Origin: an uncultured Acidobacteriota bacterium
GTDB lineage: Bacteria > Acidobacteriota > Thermoanaerobaculia > Thermoanaerobaculales > Sulfomarinibacteraceae
Assembly (NCBI GenBank): GCA_963753035.1
Contig: CAVWAW010000026.1
Location: 2,838-66,837, forward strand
Length of the DNA stretch: 64,000 nt
Direction of reading: 5' to 3'
A model generated the notes under the pieces. That model did not search any database. It was not told where the DNA came from and saw only the letters and a list, made by a program, of their open reading frames with translations. The position numbers were made by a program, and so were the translations under genes. Of the stretch, positions 1-12,378 are shown in pieces. The number at the start of each line of letters is the position of its first letter. The stretch's first letter is position 1.

Positions 1-258
1 TGATTCTCCGCAGCTCGGCGGACATTCGTCTTCCAAAGGAACTCATATCACATCCCGATGTCTTTCTGAGGTCCTCGGAGCCACTGCCCGAAACATCCCC
101 AAGCAGCTACGTGAGACGACCAAGCGCGCCATCAGTGGCCACCGCCATCCGTTCTCTTCCGGGCCACGGACTTCCATGACCCTCTCGGTCAATATGACCT
201 GTGGGACCACCCCCCGGAACTGATCGCAGACCGTCAGCAGCGAGTGCTGCAACCATCG

Positions 259-1320
259 ATGAAGACGACGCACACTGACCTTGTTGCCCGCGCCAAGAGC
301 GCGCTGAAACCGCATGTGCTGTCGTGGCTCGGTCGTCTGCCCTTAACGGCCAGATTCTCTGGTCTCGGCCATATTCTGATGTTCCATCGGGTGATTCCTC
401 GAGCCGAATTGAGCCCCTACGGGATGGCGGCCTTCGAGATCACCCCCCAGACATTGGAAATGATCCTCAAGTTCTTCCTCTCGGACATGGCTACAGGGTC
501 ATCTCATTGGACGAGATGTGTGACTCCCTGGCCAGCGATCTTGTACCGAAGAAGTTCGTAGTGCTCACGTTTGACGATGGATATAGGGACACCCTGATCC
601 ACGCATATCCCGTTTTGAAGGATCACTAGAGATCTTTCACGATTTACATCACCTGGAACTATGCAGAGCGTGCAGCGATCAAGTGGGATTACCTTGCCGA
701 AGACGTCGTTCAGGAGAACACCACTGTCTCGGCGAAGTTGGGCCGCGGCAAAATCGAGCTGGATTGCTCAACAAATAAGGCGAAACGGCAGGCCTGCGGT
801 GTGTTGCAGGAAGCCCTGTACCAGCTAAATCAGGACGAGGCCGACAACGAACTGCTGACCTTTTTCGAGTCGGTGGGTAAGGACGTGTACCAAAAGACCG
901 ATGAACTCATGCTTGACTGGAGGGAAATTGAGCAGCTCGCTAGAGATCCATTGGTAACGGTGGGGGCGCACACCATCAACCACCGCGTCTTGAGCCGGCT
1001 CGGGGCATCTGCGGCGAGCGACGAGATACGCCTTTCAAAGACCAACCTCGAAAACCGTCTCGGTATCGAAATATCCCACTTTGCTTATCCGTTCGGTCGG
1101 TTCCACGAGGCAGGAGAACGAGAGTTTGACACCGTAACGCAGGTCGGCTTCAGAACCGGCACGACCGGAATGAAGGGCAATATCTTCAAGGCCCACGCGA
1201 ACCGATTCGTCACTCCCGAGGTTCTGCATCGGGTCCGAGGTTGGCACAGGCCACCTGGCCGCGATCGCAAACGGCACACTGCCTCTCCTCGCCAACCGGT
1301 TTCGTCGCCTAGCTGGTTGA
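259..1320 (+). CDS. polysaccharide deacetylase (NodB/CE4 family); reading frame disrupted as sequenced
   Basis: Joins ORF pieces 244-561, 324-629 and 738-1649. KKFVVLTFDDGYRDT, VGAHTINHRVL and HFAYPFG are CE4-type motifs. It needs a frame change near 480, read-through of the in-frame TAG at 627-629 and a frame change near 1200. The 3' end (TGA 1318-1320) is inferred. Confidence 0.7.
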
Positions 1321-1361
1321 CGCCTCCAACGACCACCTCCCATCTCGAACGGGATCCAGAT

Positions 1362-3194
1362 CTACGGGACTGCCGCAGTTGGGGCGGCCGAGCAACCGGA
1401 TCTCTCAGAACACGGGAAACCAAGCTGACGAATCCGCACTCTCGAATCCATCGGCGTAGTATGAGCACAGGTTGTGTCGGAGCCGCATTCATATGCGCCG
1501 ATATCATGACTCAATCCATGCGGACGGGGCTGGCCCACATAATCCTCAATAACCTCTGGCACATTGAGACCGGAATCGATGGCTGGGCTGGCCACCTGCA
1601 GCGAATAATCGTCAGCCGTTGGCCGAACGAATCTTGGGTTCTCGGCTAGGGGACTGAGATCCTCGCCTCGGTTAGCCTGCCAATCGGCAAGGTCCCAGTA
1701 CTCGTAGCCATAGATGTTCGGTACGTCCGGAAAAATGATCGTCACCGCATTGTCGAAGTAGAGGTTGTTATCGAAATGGTGAGACCCGACCCTGGGTTCC
1801 TGTATCGCAGTCCCCCAAAGCCACTCAATACTCACCGCCGCTCTGCCCGAATTCACGATGATGTTGTTGTTTGTCACTGTGTTATCAACATGAAAGAAAA
1901 TACCACCGGTATTTCGGGAATCTCCAGCGATCGAAATGCCAGGACCGCTTGACGTCGTCAGAATCCCGTGTCGTCGGTGATTCTCGTGTCGTTGGAGTCG
2001 AACACGATGATTCCGGCGCCGTCGATAGCGTGGCATCTCCGGTCCTACTTTTTGTGTCCCGACAATCACGTTGTTGGTGGCCCAGTTTGGACCGAGAGCT
2101 GCCTCGGATTCGATCGCGCCGAAGAAGTTCCCGTTGAAAAAAGAGGCGTCGACCACATTTCCCGAGCCGATCGAGTCAAACCAGAGTCCGATCCCATTGT
2201 TGAACGAGGATTCATGACGCACAAACCGATTTCCCGTGGGGACGGCGCCCGTCACCTTGATGCCACCGGCGTCGAACCGAGGCCCGTATCGCCACGAATT
2301 GTGACTGGTTTCACTCGAATCCAACAGAGAATTGTCACCATTGAGAGCGATCCCGAGCCTGCCGTTGTGATTTGATACGCTTTCCAGGAAAGTCAGAGAC
2401 GAGTACGCCACCACCCCATAGCCGTTGTTGTTCTACCCTGCATCCCTCGACCGTCTGGTTGGGTCCGAGGTGCATGGCGCCAATCCAGATTGTAGTCGTT
2501 ACGTGCTCAAAACTCCTCAATCCGCGAAATAGATTGTAGCTTCCCGTCGCCATGACCCCACGGTCTCGGGTGGCAATCTCGACAAGGCTGCCATTGGGGT
2601 TGCTGGGCACGTGAATCCGCATCCGATGGGCAGCGTCGTCCATCCAGAGACCGGCCGCTCGAAAGCTCCGCGGACGACATCACCTGGTTGAGCGGGTTGC
2701 CGTCGACGAAGACGATCTCACGCCTCCGGAAAACTCCGTCACATATGGCCAACCAGACGGGAAATTGACCAACGGCAGCGGAGTCCACGGGACGCTCCAG
2801 ACATCAGCCCCATCGTTCGACCAACCCTGGATCAGATCACTCCCGCGAATGACGACCTGACCTTCATCTCCCGGATAGGCGCGAATCAGAATCCGGACTC
2901 GCCGCCGCCCCCGATCTGGCCGAAGTCAGTGACTCCCGGGTAGACGCCCGCCTTGATGGACAAAGTGTCTCCCGGCCACAGCTCTTGTACGGCTCGACCC
3001 AGGGTCTTGAACGGCTGAGAGAGCGATAACCCGTTGTTCGAGTCCGAAGCGTCGGGGTGATCGACCGCTACAAAAAACTCCGTGGCCTCGATGGTCTGGA
3101 CCGCGAAACCTGAGCAGGCGAACACAACAAGAAGACAGACGGCCGATGGTCTCCATCCTGTCCCGACGCGCGATAACCAATTACCGGATTTCAT
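1362..3194 (-). CDS. secreted right-handed parallel beta-helix repeat protein; frameshifted as sequenced
   Basis: The N-terminal piece (ORF 2886-3194) has a signal-peptide-like MKSGNWLSRVGTGWRPSAVCLLVVFACSGFA followed by ...SNNGLSLSQPFKTLGRAV. The C-terminal ORF 1362-2414 has N/I/V-rich helix turns and ends near ...HDIGAYEC. Middle pieces lie in ORFs 2335-2643 and 2507-2788. Confidence 0.65.
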
Positions 3195-3638
3195 TTTGCC
3201 CCCCTACTCGCTGCGATCTCAATGCCGCAACTCGCGCCGAAACCATCAATCCTTCGGTCCGGAGGGTGCCGATGCTGTGCGCGGATCCATCGAATTACCG
3301 GGGACCTCCTTCATTCTGAGTTTGGATGACCTCAGGGAAGATCTCCATCGTACGCCTCCTGCCGCCTCCCTCCGGCTCCCCAGCGTTCGAGAGGTGGCGT
3401 CAACGAGAGTAGTTTTATGCCGACTGTGACGACGGTGACTCGAGTCACAACCACAGCCGAGGCCTTGATGAATATGTATCGCAAAATCTTGTCGCAATTT
3501 CAGAAGGGTCGATCCTTCAGGCAGCAGCACACAAAGCGCAACCGACCTCTCGGGGTACCCCAGAGTTCAGGCGACACTAATTTCGGATCTGCGAGGAGCG
3601 TAATAGCCGATCAGACCGAAGAGTCACGACGGGACATT

Positions 3639-5132
3639 ATGAGAGTTCTTTTTGTCTATTCTGTTTACGACGTCCACTCGATCAAGAAACCCCTCCGCAG
3701 TCCCGACCATATTCAATTCGGTATTTCCTACATCTCCGCCCTCCTTCAGAATCACGAACACGAGACGAGCCTGATCGTGATGGGGAGGCATCTCGGCCAA
3801 CGAAACCTCGATGTCCTCGATCGACGAATGGCCAACTTCAAACCGCAGGTCATCTGTTTTTCTGCGGTGAGCAGCGAATACCCATTTATCGAAGAGATCG
3901 CCCGCTATCTCAGAGAGCACGCCATCCCGAAACCTATCTCGTCGTCGGTGGCGTCCACGTAACACTCAATCCGAGTGACAGATTGCTCGACGTCTTCGAT
4001 GCAATCTGCATCGGGGAAGGCGAATTCCCCACCCTCGAACTGATCAGCCACCTGGAACAGAACCGGGAACCGCTGGCGATTCCAAATCTGTGGATCCGCC
4101 ACAACGGCACGATTCAGAAATCGCCAACCCGGCCGTTTCTCGAGGATCTCGACTCTCTACCGCTCCCCGATCGCCAGATGTGGGATGAATGGCTTGACGT
4201 CGGGCCGGAGTCCCGCCGAACCGTTCTCATGGGCCGCGGCTGTCCGTTTGGCTGTACCTTTTGTTCCAATCATGCGCTGAAAAGGGTATCGCCGGGACGA
4301 TACGTACGGCTCAGGTCGGTCGGGAGCATCGTCGATGAGGTTCGCGGTCTCAAATCCCAAAATCCAAAACTCGACGGAGATCTACCTCGAGGTCGAGAGC
4401 ATCATTACCACCGTCGAAGGGACTAACTCCGGAACCAGTTCTGATTGGGCCCTGAGCCTCTGCGATGCCCTTGAATCTCTCAACGACTCGATGAATGAGC
4501 AGCGATTTCGTTCGGCGTCAATCTTCGAATCTCGCCGCACGTGCAGTTCGATCAGCTGTTCGCAGCCTTCAAACGGGCGAATGTCACCCTCGTCAACGTC
4601 GGGGTGGAATCAGGAAGCGAACGAATCGACGCGAGGTGCTCAAACGCAATTACTCGAACGACGACATCAGGACAGCCGTGGCGTCTGCCCGAGAACACGG
4701 GCTGCGAATCGTGTTTTACAACATGGTCGGTCTTCCCGGTGAAACTCTGGCCGAATTCGCCGAAACGGTGGCCATCAACCGGGAATGCGAACCCGACTGG
4801 TACTACCTTGAGATCTTCTATCCCTACCAGGGAACAGAGCTGCATCATGTTTGTGAGGCGAAAGGATGGGCGCCCCACGACCTGAACGACATTCGGATGG
4901 AAAGAAGCGCTGCCCGTACCGGAGTTTCGCAGGCTTCAGCCGCCGGCAGATTCAGTCCAGCTACGAGTGGTTTGACTACCACGTCCACCGCGGCAAGAAA
5001 CCTCTCTGGAAGATTCTCCCCCATGTGGCCGCGAGAAAACTGAAGTCGCATCCGGGTCTGTTCTATCTCTATCGGAGAGCAACCAGGTATGGTCCCTTGC
5101 GGAGCCTGAAGGGCGCAGCAAAGAGAGCATAG
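3639..5132 (+). CDS. B12-binding domain radical SAM protein; frameshifted as sequenced
   Basis: The ATG at 3639 opens MRVLFVYSVYD..., an N-terminal Rossmann-like B12-binding region. The CxxxCxxC cluster GRGCPFGCTFCS lies in ORF 3983-4426. Later pieces are in ORFs 4335-4742, 4495-5043 and 4866-5132. At least 4 frame changes are needed. Confidence 0.7.
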
Positions 5133-5177
5133 GAAAGAGGCGACACACCGACGAATCTCGGCGAGGGCTCGACTACA

Positions 5178-6368
5178 ATGGGCCTCGCATGCGAATTCCT
5201 GGTCCACAACAGATATCAGCAAAAAGGTGGTGAAGACGTCGTTTTCGACACCGAACGCGCCTTGCTTGAAAAAGCCGGGCACGAGGTTTCGGTCTATGAG
5301 CGCGACAACCATGAAATCAAGAATTACTCCAGCTTGAGGCTCCTCGATCTCTCACGCCGCACGATCTGGGCTACCGACAGCGTAGCGGCGCTGCGGGGAA
5401 TCCTCTCCCGCCACCGACCCGAGGTTGCCTATTTCTTCAACACTTTCCCTCTGATTTCGCCCGCGCACACCAGGTTTGCGCATCGTTTGGGGTCCCCGTC
5501 ATTCAAAACCTCGCAAACTACCGTCTCATCTGCCCCGGAGGAAACCTCTCTCGAGACGGAGAGAACTGCGAACTCTGCATCTCGAAGACGATTGCGTGGC
5601 CTGGGATTCGACACCGTTGCTACAGAGGTTCCCTTCCCGGTTCTTCCGTGGTGGCCGCCATGCTCGCATTCCACACCATTGCAGGTACCTGGCGCCTCAA
5701 GGTCACTCAGCTACATCGCACTGACCGAGTTTGCGCGAAAGAAATATATTGCAGGCGGCATTCCTGGGGGACAAGAAGATCGTCAAACCCAACTCTATCA
5801 ACCCTAGACCCGAGCCAGCGGATCGATGAATCCGACTACGCTCTCTTTGTCGGTCGACTATCCGAGGAGAAGGGTATTTCCGTGCTATTGGACGCGTGGG
5901 AGCAGCTTCCGTTCATCCCTCTAAGATCGCCGGAGAAGGTCCACTGATGAAGGATGTAGAGGTTGCATCGCGACGTTCCGGCGGCGCGGGAATCGAAGCG
6001 TTCGGATGGCGATCAAGGGACGAGATCATCAGGTTGGTCAAAGGGGGCGCGGTTTCTCGTCGTGCCATCGACGTGCTACGAAGGTTTCCCCGTCGTCAAC
6101 CGTCGAGGCATTTGCCTGCGGGGTTCCGGTGGTCGGATCGCGGACTCGGAGGCATCGGCGAAGTCGTCCGCCACGAAAGATCGGGCTTGCTTTTCGAGGC
6201 GAACAAACCAACCGACCGGCGACGACAGCGAAACGACTTTGGTCCGACAATGAGCTTCGTCATCGGCTGGGTGAAGGAGCACGTATCCAGTTTCTCGAAT
6301 CCTATACCGCCGAGAGAAATTATCGGATGCTCATGGAGATATTCGAGAAAGCGTTGAGGCTTGATTGA
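5178..6368 (+). CDS. glycosyltransferase family 4 (GT-B, GT1-like); heavily frameshifted as sequenced
   Basis: N-terminus VHNRYQQKGGEDVVF. Later pieces are YIALTEFARKKYIAGGIP, DYALFVGRLSEEKGI, LVVPSTCYEGFPVV, VEAFACGVPVV and a C-terminus ...YTAERNYRMLMEIFEKAL. These are spread over ORFs 5178-5807, 5648-5947, 5896-6357, 5963-6253 and 6006-6368. Confidence 0.7.
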
Positions 6369-6470
6369 GACTGGGATTAATCTACACGTTGAGCGTGCCC
6401 TACGCTGCCGGATTTGCTTGCCTCGGCGGGCCAATGGTCGGGGGATTCAGATTGACCGGTCTGGGTTTTC

Positions 6471-7486
6471 GTGATCATGTTGGCGGCAGCTCCATTTGTG
6501 TTTCTACTCGACAGGACACCGAGTCGATTTCCTGCCTGGATCTGGCTGCCGTGGATCACGATCGTCATTCTTAGCCTAATGTGGGAGACGGTTCTGTTCG
6601 CAAGAGCGTGCAAGATGTCAGTCAGATTCTGACGCCTTTTGTCATCGCGCCGATCGCGTCAAAGGCAATCAAATCCACCACGGACGTCGACGCCTTGTTG
6701 AGATCATTCACTCATTGCTTGTTGCTTCTCTTGACGGGGCTGACCCTCAACTCCGCAATCGGGGTTGGGATATTGGCCCGCCCAATGGCGATGACAGCTG
6801 CCGTCACCGGGTTGTTTTCGCTCAGATTCATCGGCGACGAACCTGGCCATCATCGGCTGGTGCGGTTGCCTCGTCGTTGCCGGCATGACCGAAGCCGCAT
6901 GGCCACGATCGCTATTCTCTTGGAGTGGCTGCTCCTGCCGACCTACCGTCGGCATGCGGCTCGAGTTCTCGCAGCAGGATTTATGGCTGCGCTTGCGGTT
7001 GCCCTCTTCCACACGCCGGTGTTTCAGGATCGCTTCTTTCCTGATGGGGAGGGAACACTGTCGGATGTTGCGAAGGCGAGTTTTCCGACACGGGTCGATT
7101 CGAGGTCTGGCGCGAGCTCTGGCCTGAGGTATCCCGCCGTCCGCTTCTTGGTGCAGGGGCCAGAGGATCGGCATCGCTTGTCAGACAGGCGTGGGATGGC
7201 TTGGACAAACCGCACAACGATTTTCTGACGAATTCTCCTCGAACAGGGCATCATCGGGTTTTCGCTGTTCATGCTTGGGGTCTGGGTTAGCTCATCAGTC
7301 TCTGGAAACAGCGATTCTCTCAACCGACCCTCGGGCCGTGTTTCGATCCGCGGCATACATGGGGATCATGGTGTTTCTCCTCATGGTGCGCTGACCGACA
7401 ACCCTATCGTCTACGGCGTCTGGTTTACGCACCCCTTGTTTGTGTTGATCGGAGCGTCTTACTCACAGGTGCAAGAGACCTCTTAG
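6471..7486 (+). CDS. O-antigen ligase / polymerase-like (Wzy_C family) membrane protein; frameshifted, 5' end uncertain
   Basis: Multiple hydrophobic segments are spread over three frames. KPHNDFL followed (after a shift) by ILLEQGIIGFSLFMLGVWV at 7205-7290 matches the HN-x-[FY]L motif of O-antigen ligase-like proteins. Confidence 0.5.
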
Positions 7487-8922
7487 CTTGCGCCCGATCC
7501 TCGGATAACCGCCGGAACTGTCTTCAACAGAATGTCAAAATCCAGGGACATCGACCAGTTGTCGATGTATTCGAGGTCCACCTCCATCCAATTTCGAAGT
7601 CGATCTTGTGGCGTCCGTTGATCTGCCAGAGACAGGTCAGTCCCGGTTTGACGCTGAAACGGCGAATCTGCCACTGGCTGTCAAATAGATCGACGTCCCT
7701 GGTCGGTAACGGGCGGGGGCCAACAAGACTCATCTCTCCCCGAGCCACGTTCAAGAACTGTGGCAACTCGTCAAGGCTGAACTTCCTGAGAATCCGGCCC
7801 ACCCGAGTGATCCTTGGGTCGTCCTTGATCTTGAAGGCCGCACCCTTGACTTCATTCCGATCTTCCAGGTCCCCGAGCCTCTCCTCGGCATCGATCTGCA
7901 TGGTCCTGAATTTGATCAATGGAAACCCGTGACGACCCAAACCGACACGCCGCTGAACAAAAAAGATTGGGCCTCGAGAGTCGATCTTGATCGCTGCGGC
8001 GATGACCGCAAAGAGTGGACTCAGCACCACGATGGCAAGAACCGAACCAACGAGATCGATGCTTCGTTTGAGAAGAGCACTCCAGCCAGGGGGGCCCGGC
8101 GCGCGCAGCGTCAATACCGGTGATGTCCTGAAACTCATCGACAAAAGCATTGATGAGTCGTGATTCGAAGAAATCAGCCGGCAGCCTGACAACCAGGCCC
8201 ATTTCCTGGCAGATTGTGATGAGATTCGAGATAGTCTCGTAGAACGACTTGATCGGCAAAGTGATGACGACCTCATCGACCTCCAGATCACCGAGAATCT
8301 CCCTCGCCTTGCTCGGATGGCCCAGGAGATTCTCGGCCTCTCCATGCAGAGGATTCGTCGGGGGGTCGATGTGGTCGATGTAGCCAAGCAGCATATATCC
8401 CAGTTCCGGCTTACTGCGGACCTCTTTTCCAAACGCGGTTCCGCGGGGTCCGCAGCCGACGATCACCAGGTTTCTGAGGTTCCGTCCATTGCGACGTGCC
8501 TCGCCGAGAATAACCCTAAGACAGGTTCGCACGGCGATGGTTCCTACCACCGCGGTTAAAAAAAACGTCAGCACAAACGCCCGATTTACGGCTGAGAGAC
8601 TCAGAATGGGAGCAAACCCGGAAAGCACCAGCGTTCCGATGGAAACCGCCTTGACGATGTCCCACCATTCGGCGGAGATGAGACCAATCCGTCTCGACCG
8701 ATAGAGGCCGAATAACCGGAAGAGAAGATGCCAGGCTATGGCAATGCCGACGACAAACGCAATGTTAACCAGTTTGATTCGCACCGCCAGGAATTGATCC
8801 AGGCTCCCGCCACTGGAAAGGTGACCGGAGACGATCAACCCAATGCCCACCGCGACAGCCATCACGATCAGATCGGCAGCACGAAGAGAATCGAGCAAAA
8901 ACCGACGTTTCAGGTCATTCAT
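7483..8922 (-). CDS. exopolysaccharide polyprenyl glycosylphosphotransferase (WbaP/bacterial sugar transferase family); 2 frame changes
   Basis: An N-terminal multi-TM region plus a Rossmann-like segment (LVIVGCGPRG). The C-terminal sugar transferase domain reads PIFFVQRRVGLGRHGFPLIKFRTM, KIKDDPRITRVGRILRKFSLDELPQ, MSLVGPRP, PGLTCLWQINGR. The tail ...EYIDNWSMSLDFDILLKTVPAVI is in ORF 7483-7674. Confidence 0.85.
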
Positions 8923-8938
8923 TCGCCACCTCCCCTCG

Positions 8939-9913
8939 TCACAGCCGCCGATAGATGAAGTCCGGAATATGAAATTTCCTGCGATTCAACACAGCGCCCA
9001 GGACTTCGACGCCCGAATCCTGCAACACACGTTGGCCTCTTCGGCGACTTCCTGTCTGGTCCGTTCCGCGCGAATAACCAACAGAGCACCCACTCGAGGC
9101 GGTTGCCAGGCTGGCCGATTCCGGATACGCCGTAACCGGAGGACCATCGATGATGACCCAGTCAAAAAGTGACGTCAGAGCCATCGCCACACCCTGCATT
9201 GCCGACATCGTCAGAAGCTGGGGGGGAGCTTGGTCGGTTTTCCCCGCAGTCAGGAGTGATAGTCCGGGTGCCACGTCAGGCCTCACCGCCGAGGTCAATG
9301 CAGCGCCACCCCTCAAAACATCGCTGAGACCTCTGGAGAGCTCAACTTGAAATGCCTGATGCTGACTGGGAGTCCGGACGTTGGAATCTACCAGAACAAC
9401 CTGCTCCCCCTGGGCGCGGCCCAAGGCAAGGGCCGTGTTTCTCGCAACCGTGCTGGCACCCTCCCCCGAAACGGCACCCGCAACCAGTATGACTCCTTGG
9501 CTCGGAGATCGACGAAACGTGACGAGTTTCTGGATGACCCTCTCATAGGCAGGATGAATGGACTGATCCATCAGCGTTAATTCTGCCGGTTCGGAAGTCT
9601 TCATCCACTCAGCATCGAAATCGTCAACCATTGTGTCAAGAAGCTCGTCTGCCAAGATCGGCTGTGCTGGCTCACCGGCCGTGTCTGTTGTCGGAACGCT
9701 CTCGTTGGCCTCCGCCTCCATCTTGCGGATCGCCGAAATCAGCTGTTCCTGCTGGATCGACTTTTCAGCAAGGTGCGGCCCGGGCTCGGCCATCCTGTTC
9801 GCGGCTCGCTCCATTGCGTCGTGGAACTTACTCACGTCTTCCCCCTGGACTATTTGCTGCGGCCCTCTCCGGTTCGATCGATCCCGAGGACTCATGGATT
9901 GAATCGAACTCAC
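8939..9913 (-). CDS. CpsD/CapB-type (BY-kinase-like) P-loop protein of polysaccharide co-polymerase systems
   Basis: VILVAGAVSGEGASTVARNTALAL (Walker-A-like), VVLVDSNVRTPS, DWVIIDGPPV (Walker-B-like), C-terminal ...VLGAVLN. The 5' end overlaps the upstream gene by ~86 nt, so the start is uncertain. There may be local compensating shifts near 9060-9110. Confidence 0.65.
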   Translation of the reverse strand: MSSIQSMSPRDRSNRRGPQQIVQGEDVSKFHDAMERAANRMAEPGPHLAEKSIQQEQLISAIRKMEAEANESVPTTDTAGEPAQPILADELLDTMVDDFDAEWMKTSEPAELTLMDQSIHPAYERVIQKLVTFRRSPSQGVILVAGAVSGEGASTVARNTALALGRAQGEQVVLVDSNVRTPSQHQAFQVELSRGLSDVLRGGAALTSAVRPDVAPGLSLLTAGKTDQAPPQLLTMSAMQGVAMALTSLFDWVIIDGPPVTAYPESASLATASSGCSVGYSRGTDQTGSRRRGQRVLQDSGVEVLGAVLNRRKFHIPDFIYRRL

Positions 9914-10829
9914 TGACGAGATAAGGTCCAGGCCTCATCGCCTGCTTGTCGACTCTTTGGACACAGAGCACATCCTGAACTGCCTCTTGTGCCGAGCATG
10001 CGTTGACATGGTCAAGCCCAATGGCAAAAGCATTGACCAGAGCGTGGTCGCAAAGAACGTTGATGGTCCGCGGGGAGCCCTTGGAGGCATTCCAGATGCA
10101 GTGCAGTGCCGCCTGGCTGAACAGCTCGGCGCCATTGGAACACCCCGCCTTCTCCAGACGAAAGACGATGTACTCGACGGTTTCTTCGAGCGAGAGCCGA
10201 TCGAGGCGCGCGTGGACGGCGATGCGTTGCCTGAGTTGACGCAAATCGGACCTCTGGAGGATTCTCTCCAGTTCGGGTTGGCCGGCCAGAAGGACCTGGA
10301 GCATCTTGCTCTTCGGATCTTCCAAATTGGTCAGAAGACGGACCTCCTCCAAGACATCCACTGTGAGATTCTGTGCCTCGTCGACGATCAGGAGGGGCGG
10401 CGGTTGATATGCCATGAACTCCCCATTGACGAAAGCGTAGAACTCGTTGATGAGATCTCCCCTTGAGAGACCATGCAGACGCGAGTCCGACATCAGTCCG
10501 GTTTCCGCTCGTTGACCGGCCGGCCGGCCAGGTCCGTAGGCCTCGAGCAGGTTGTTCAATATGAGTTTCAGCAACTCTTCTCGATCAATGGTGGTATGCC
10601 TGACATGGATCGTGCACGTCGAGCGATCGAGCGTTTCGATGAGAGCGTTAATGAGCGTTGTCTTGCCTGTGCCGACTTCGCCGACAAGGGTCATGAATCC
10701 CCTTCTTTGGCGAATACCGTAGGTCAGCGCGGCGAGCGCCTCGCGGTGAGCGGGGCTCTGATAGTAGAAATTCGGATCGGGTGTCATTCCGAATGGGTTT
10801 CCGCCGAGTCCAAAATATTTTTCGTACAT
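9828..10829 (-). CDS. ExeA-like AAA ATPase (general secretion protein A family, of the type found in EPS / PEP-CTERM-type loci)
   Basis: Intact ORF. YFGLGGNPFGMTPDPNFYYQSPAHREALAAL, Walker A GEVGTGKTT, Walker B LLIVDEAQNL. Confidence 0.85.
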   Translation of the reverse strand: MYEKYFGLGGNPFGMTPDPNFYYQSPAHREALAALTYGIRQRRGFMTLVGEVGTGKTTLINALIETLDRSTCTIHVRHTTIDREELLKLILNNLLEAYGPGRPAGQRAETGLMSDSRLHGLSRGDLINEFYAFVNGEFMAYQPPPLLIVDEAQNLTVDVLEEVRLLTNLEDPKSKMLQVLLAGQPELERILQRSDLRQLRQRIAVHARLDRLSLEETVEYIVFRLEKAGCSNGAELFSQAALHCIWNASKGSPRTINVLCDHALVNAFAIGLDHVNACSAQEAVQDVLCVQRVDKQAMRPGPYLVSEFDSIHESSGSIEPERAAANSPGGRRE

Positions 10830-10835
10830 CAGTTC

Positions 10836-12378
10836 TTATCCAAGCACTTCGCCGTCGGGGATCGATGCGATGTGCGGAATCCCCAACCGTTTTTCCAGGT
10901 CTTCTGCGGTGGTGAACGAGCGGTCAAAAAACACCTCCACGCCAAAGGCCAGACCCATGGCAGCCCAACAAACCGAAAGAAAACGGAGAGCACAAGCCGT
11001 TGCTCCAAGCCCTCTCGGTTCGGCACGAAGGGGCATCTGAGCCGGTTGGGCGACGGTGACATTGATGAACTTTTCCTGGTCCATAGCCGCCGAGAGTCGC
11101 GCTTCCTCGTGCTTTTTCCTGTACCTCAGGTAGTCCTCCTCGGCGGTTCGTGCGTTGCGCTGCAGGCTCTCGAGCGCAAACGCGTAGGCGTTGAGGGGAT
11201 CGAGCTGCTTCCTGTACTCCTCCACCTGTGAGTTCAACGATGCAACCTGAGCACGGGTTCCTTCGAGTGACGACCTCGGCGCGAAGGAGTTCGCCCTTGA
11301 GTTCCAGATAAACCGGATTGGCTTCGGTGCCACTGACCTTCGAGGTTTCCGTCGCGACTGCGCAGCCGCTCCTCCGCCAAACTTGATCTGCGAGTCGATG
11401 ATCTCGAACGTGGCGGCTGTCGGGTTTGAAATCCTGAAGAAGCCGGTCTCGCTCCGAGCTTGAGAGCCATCAGGGCACGCTCGATTTCGCTGGTCGTCGG
11501 ATCCTGATTCAGTTGACTCGAGCTCTCGAGACGCTCCGGCTCGTTTTGAAGCATCTCTCTGCAGCCGTTCCACCTGCCGGGTTTGGGATTCGAGGTCGAC
11601 TTCAGCGGTGCCGAGACTGCTTTCGAGACCGGAGAGACGCTCCATCACGAGGTGTTTCTGTGCCGCAAGCGAGTCCGAATCCAGCGGAGCCCTCGACCAA
11701 GGTGATCGAGGCGTTCTCCACGAAATCCTCCAGAGTCCTCTGCTGCTGTTTCATCCGAGGTCGGCCTCAGTCATCTGCTGTTCAAGAAGAACACGGCCTG
11801 GGGCGATTGGTACCGTTCGGCGCGTGTTTGAGATACTCATCGGTCAGCGTCTCAACCACCCGGGTGGCCCACACAGGATCCGTGGACACATAGCTCAACC
11901 GAGGACGTTGGATTTCTTGACCGCCGAAATTTCGAGGTTTCGCTGAAGATCCATCACGAGCTTGTCGAGTTTCGGCGACCGCACCACTGCACCATCGGAA
12001 GTTCCGGAGGCGGAGGCTTCTTGACCGGCGATGGGGACGAATCCAGCCCGAAGTCGTTACTCTCGATCAGGTGAGATGCGACGTTCTCGATCAGTTTTCG
12101 GCTCTTCAAGACCTCGATTTCCGAATTCAAATCTTCTTCGCTCACCCGATTGACGAAGAGCTGCGTCGATTCAGTCGGCGCGATCGGCATCTCAACCCGT
12201 GCTTCATTTACCAAAAGGGTCGCTTCGACCTTGTACATTCTTGGCGTCTGTCAAGGTCGAAACGACCACGACAGAAACAACGGCTAACAGAACCACCAGA
12301 ATCAACACGCGTCTCTTGAACACCGTCGTCAAGAGATCTCGCAACGAGTACGGGACGAAGATTCTCCTGCATCAACAT
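10836..12378 (-). CDS. polysaccharide chain-length determinant (GumC/Wzz family); frameshifted as sequenced
   Basis: N-terminus ...YSLRDLLTTVFKRRVLILVVLLAVV (TM) then MYKVEATLLV. A long coiled-coil-like middle is spread over ORFs 11234-11554 and 10836-11648. The C-terminal TM and tail read ...AAMGLAFGVEVFFDRSFTTAEDLEKRLGIPHIASIP. The start (12378 or 12372) is inferred. Confidence 0.65.

Noticed and set aside
1-243. Possible 3' end of an upstream gene or a 5' extension of the deacetylase (e.g. ...VLFRATDFHDPLGQYDLWDHPPELIADRQQRVLQ in the deacetylase frame; ORF 43-315 on the minus strand)
   Set aside because: There is no recognisable domain, stops occur in all frames within 120 nt, and it cannot be supported from sequence alone.
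625-635. ACTAGAGATCT looks like a cloning scar (XbaI/SpeI-type scar plus a BglII site)
   Set aside because: It is a single 11-nt occurrence with no flanking vector or synthetic sequence. Chance plus a point error at the TAG is the simpler explanation.
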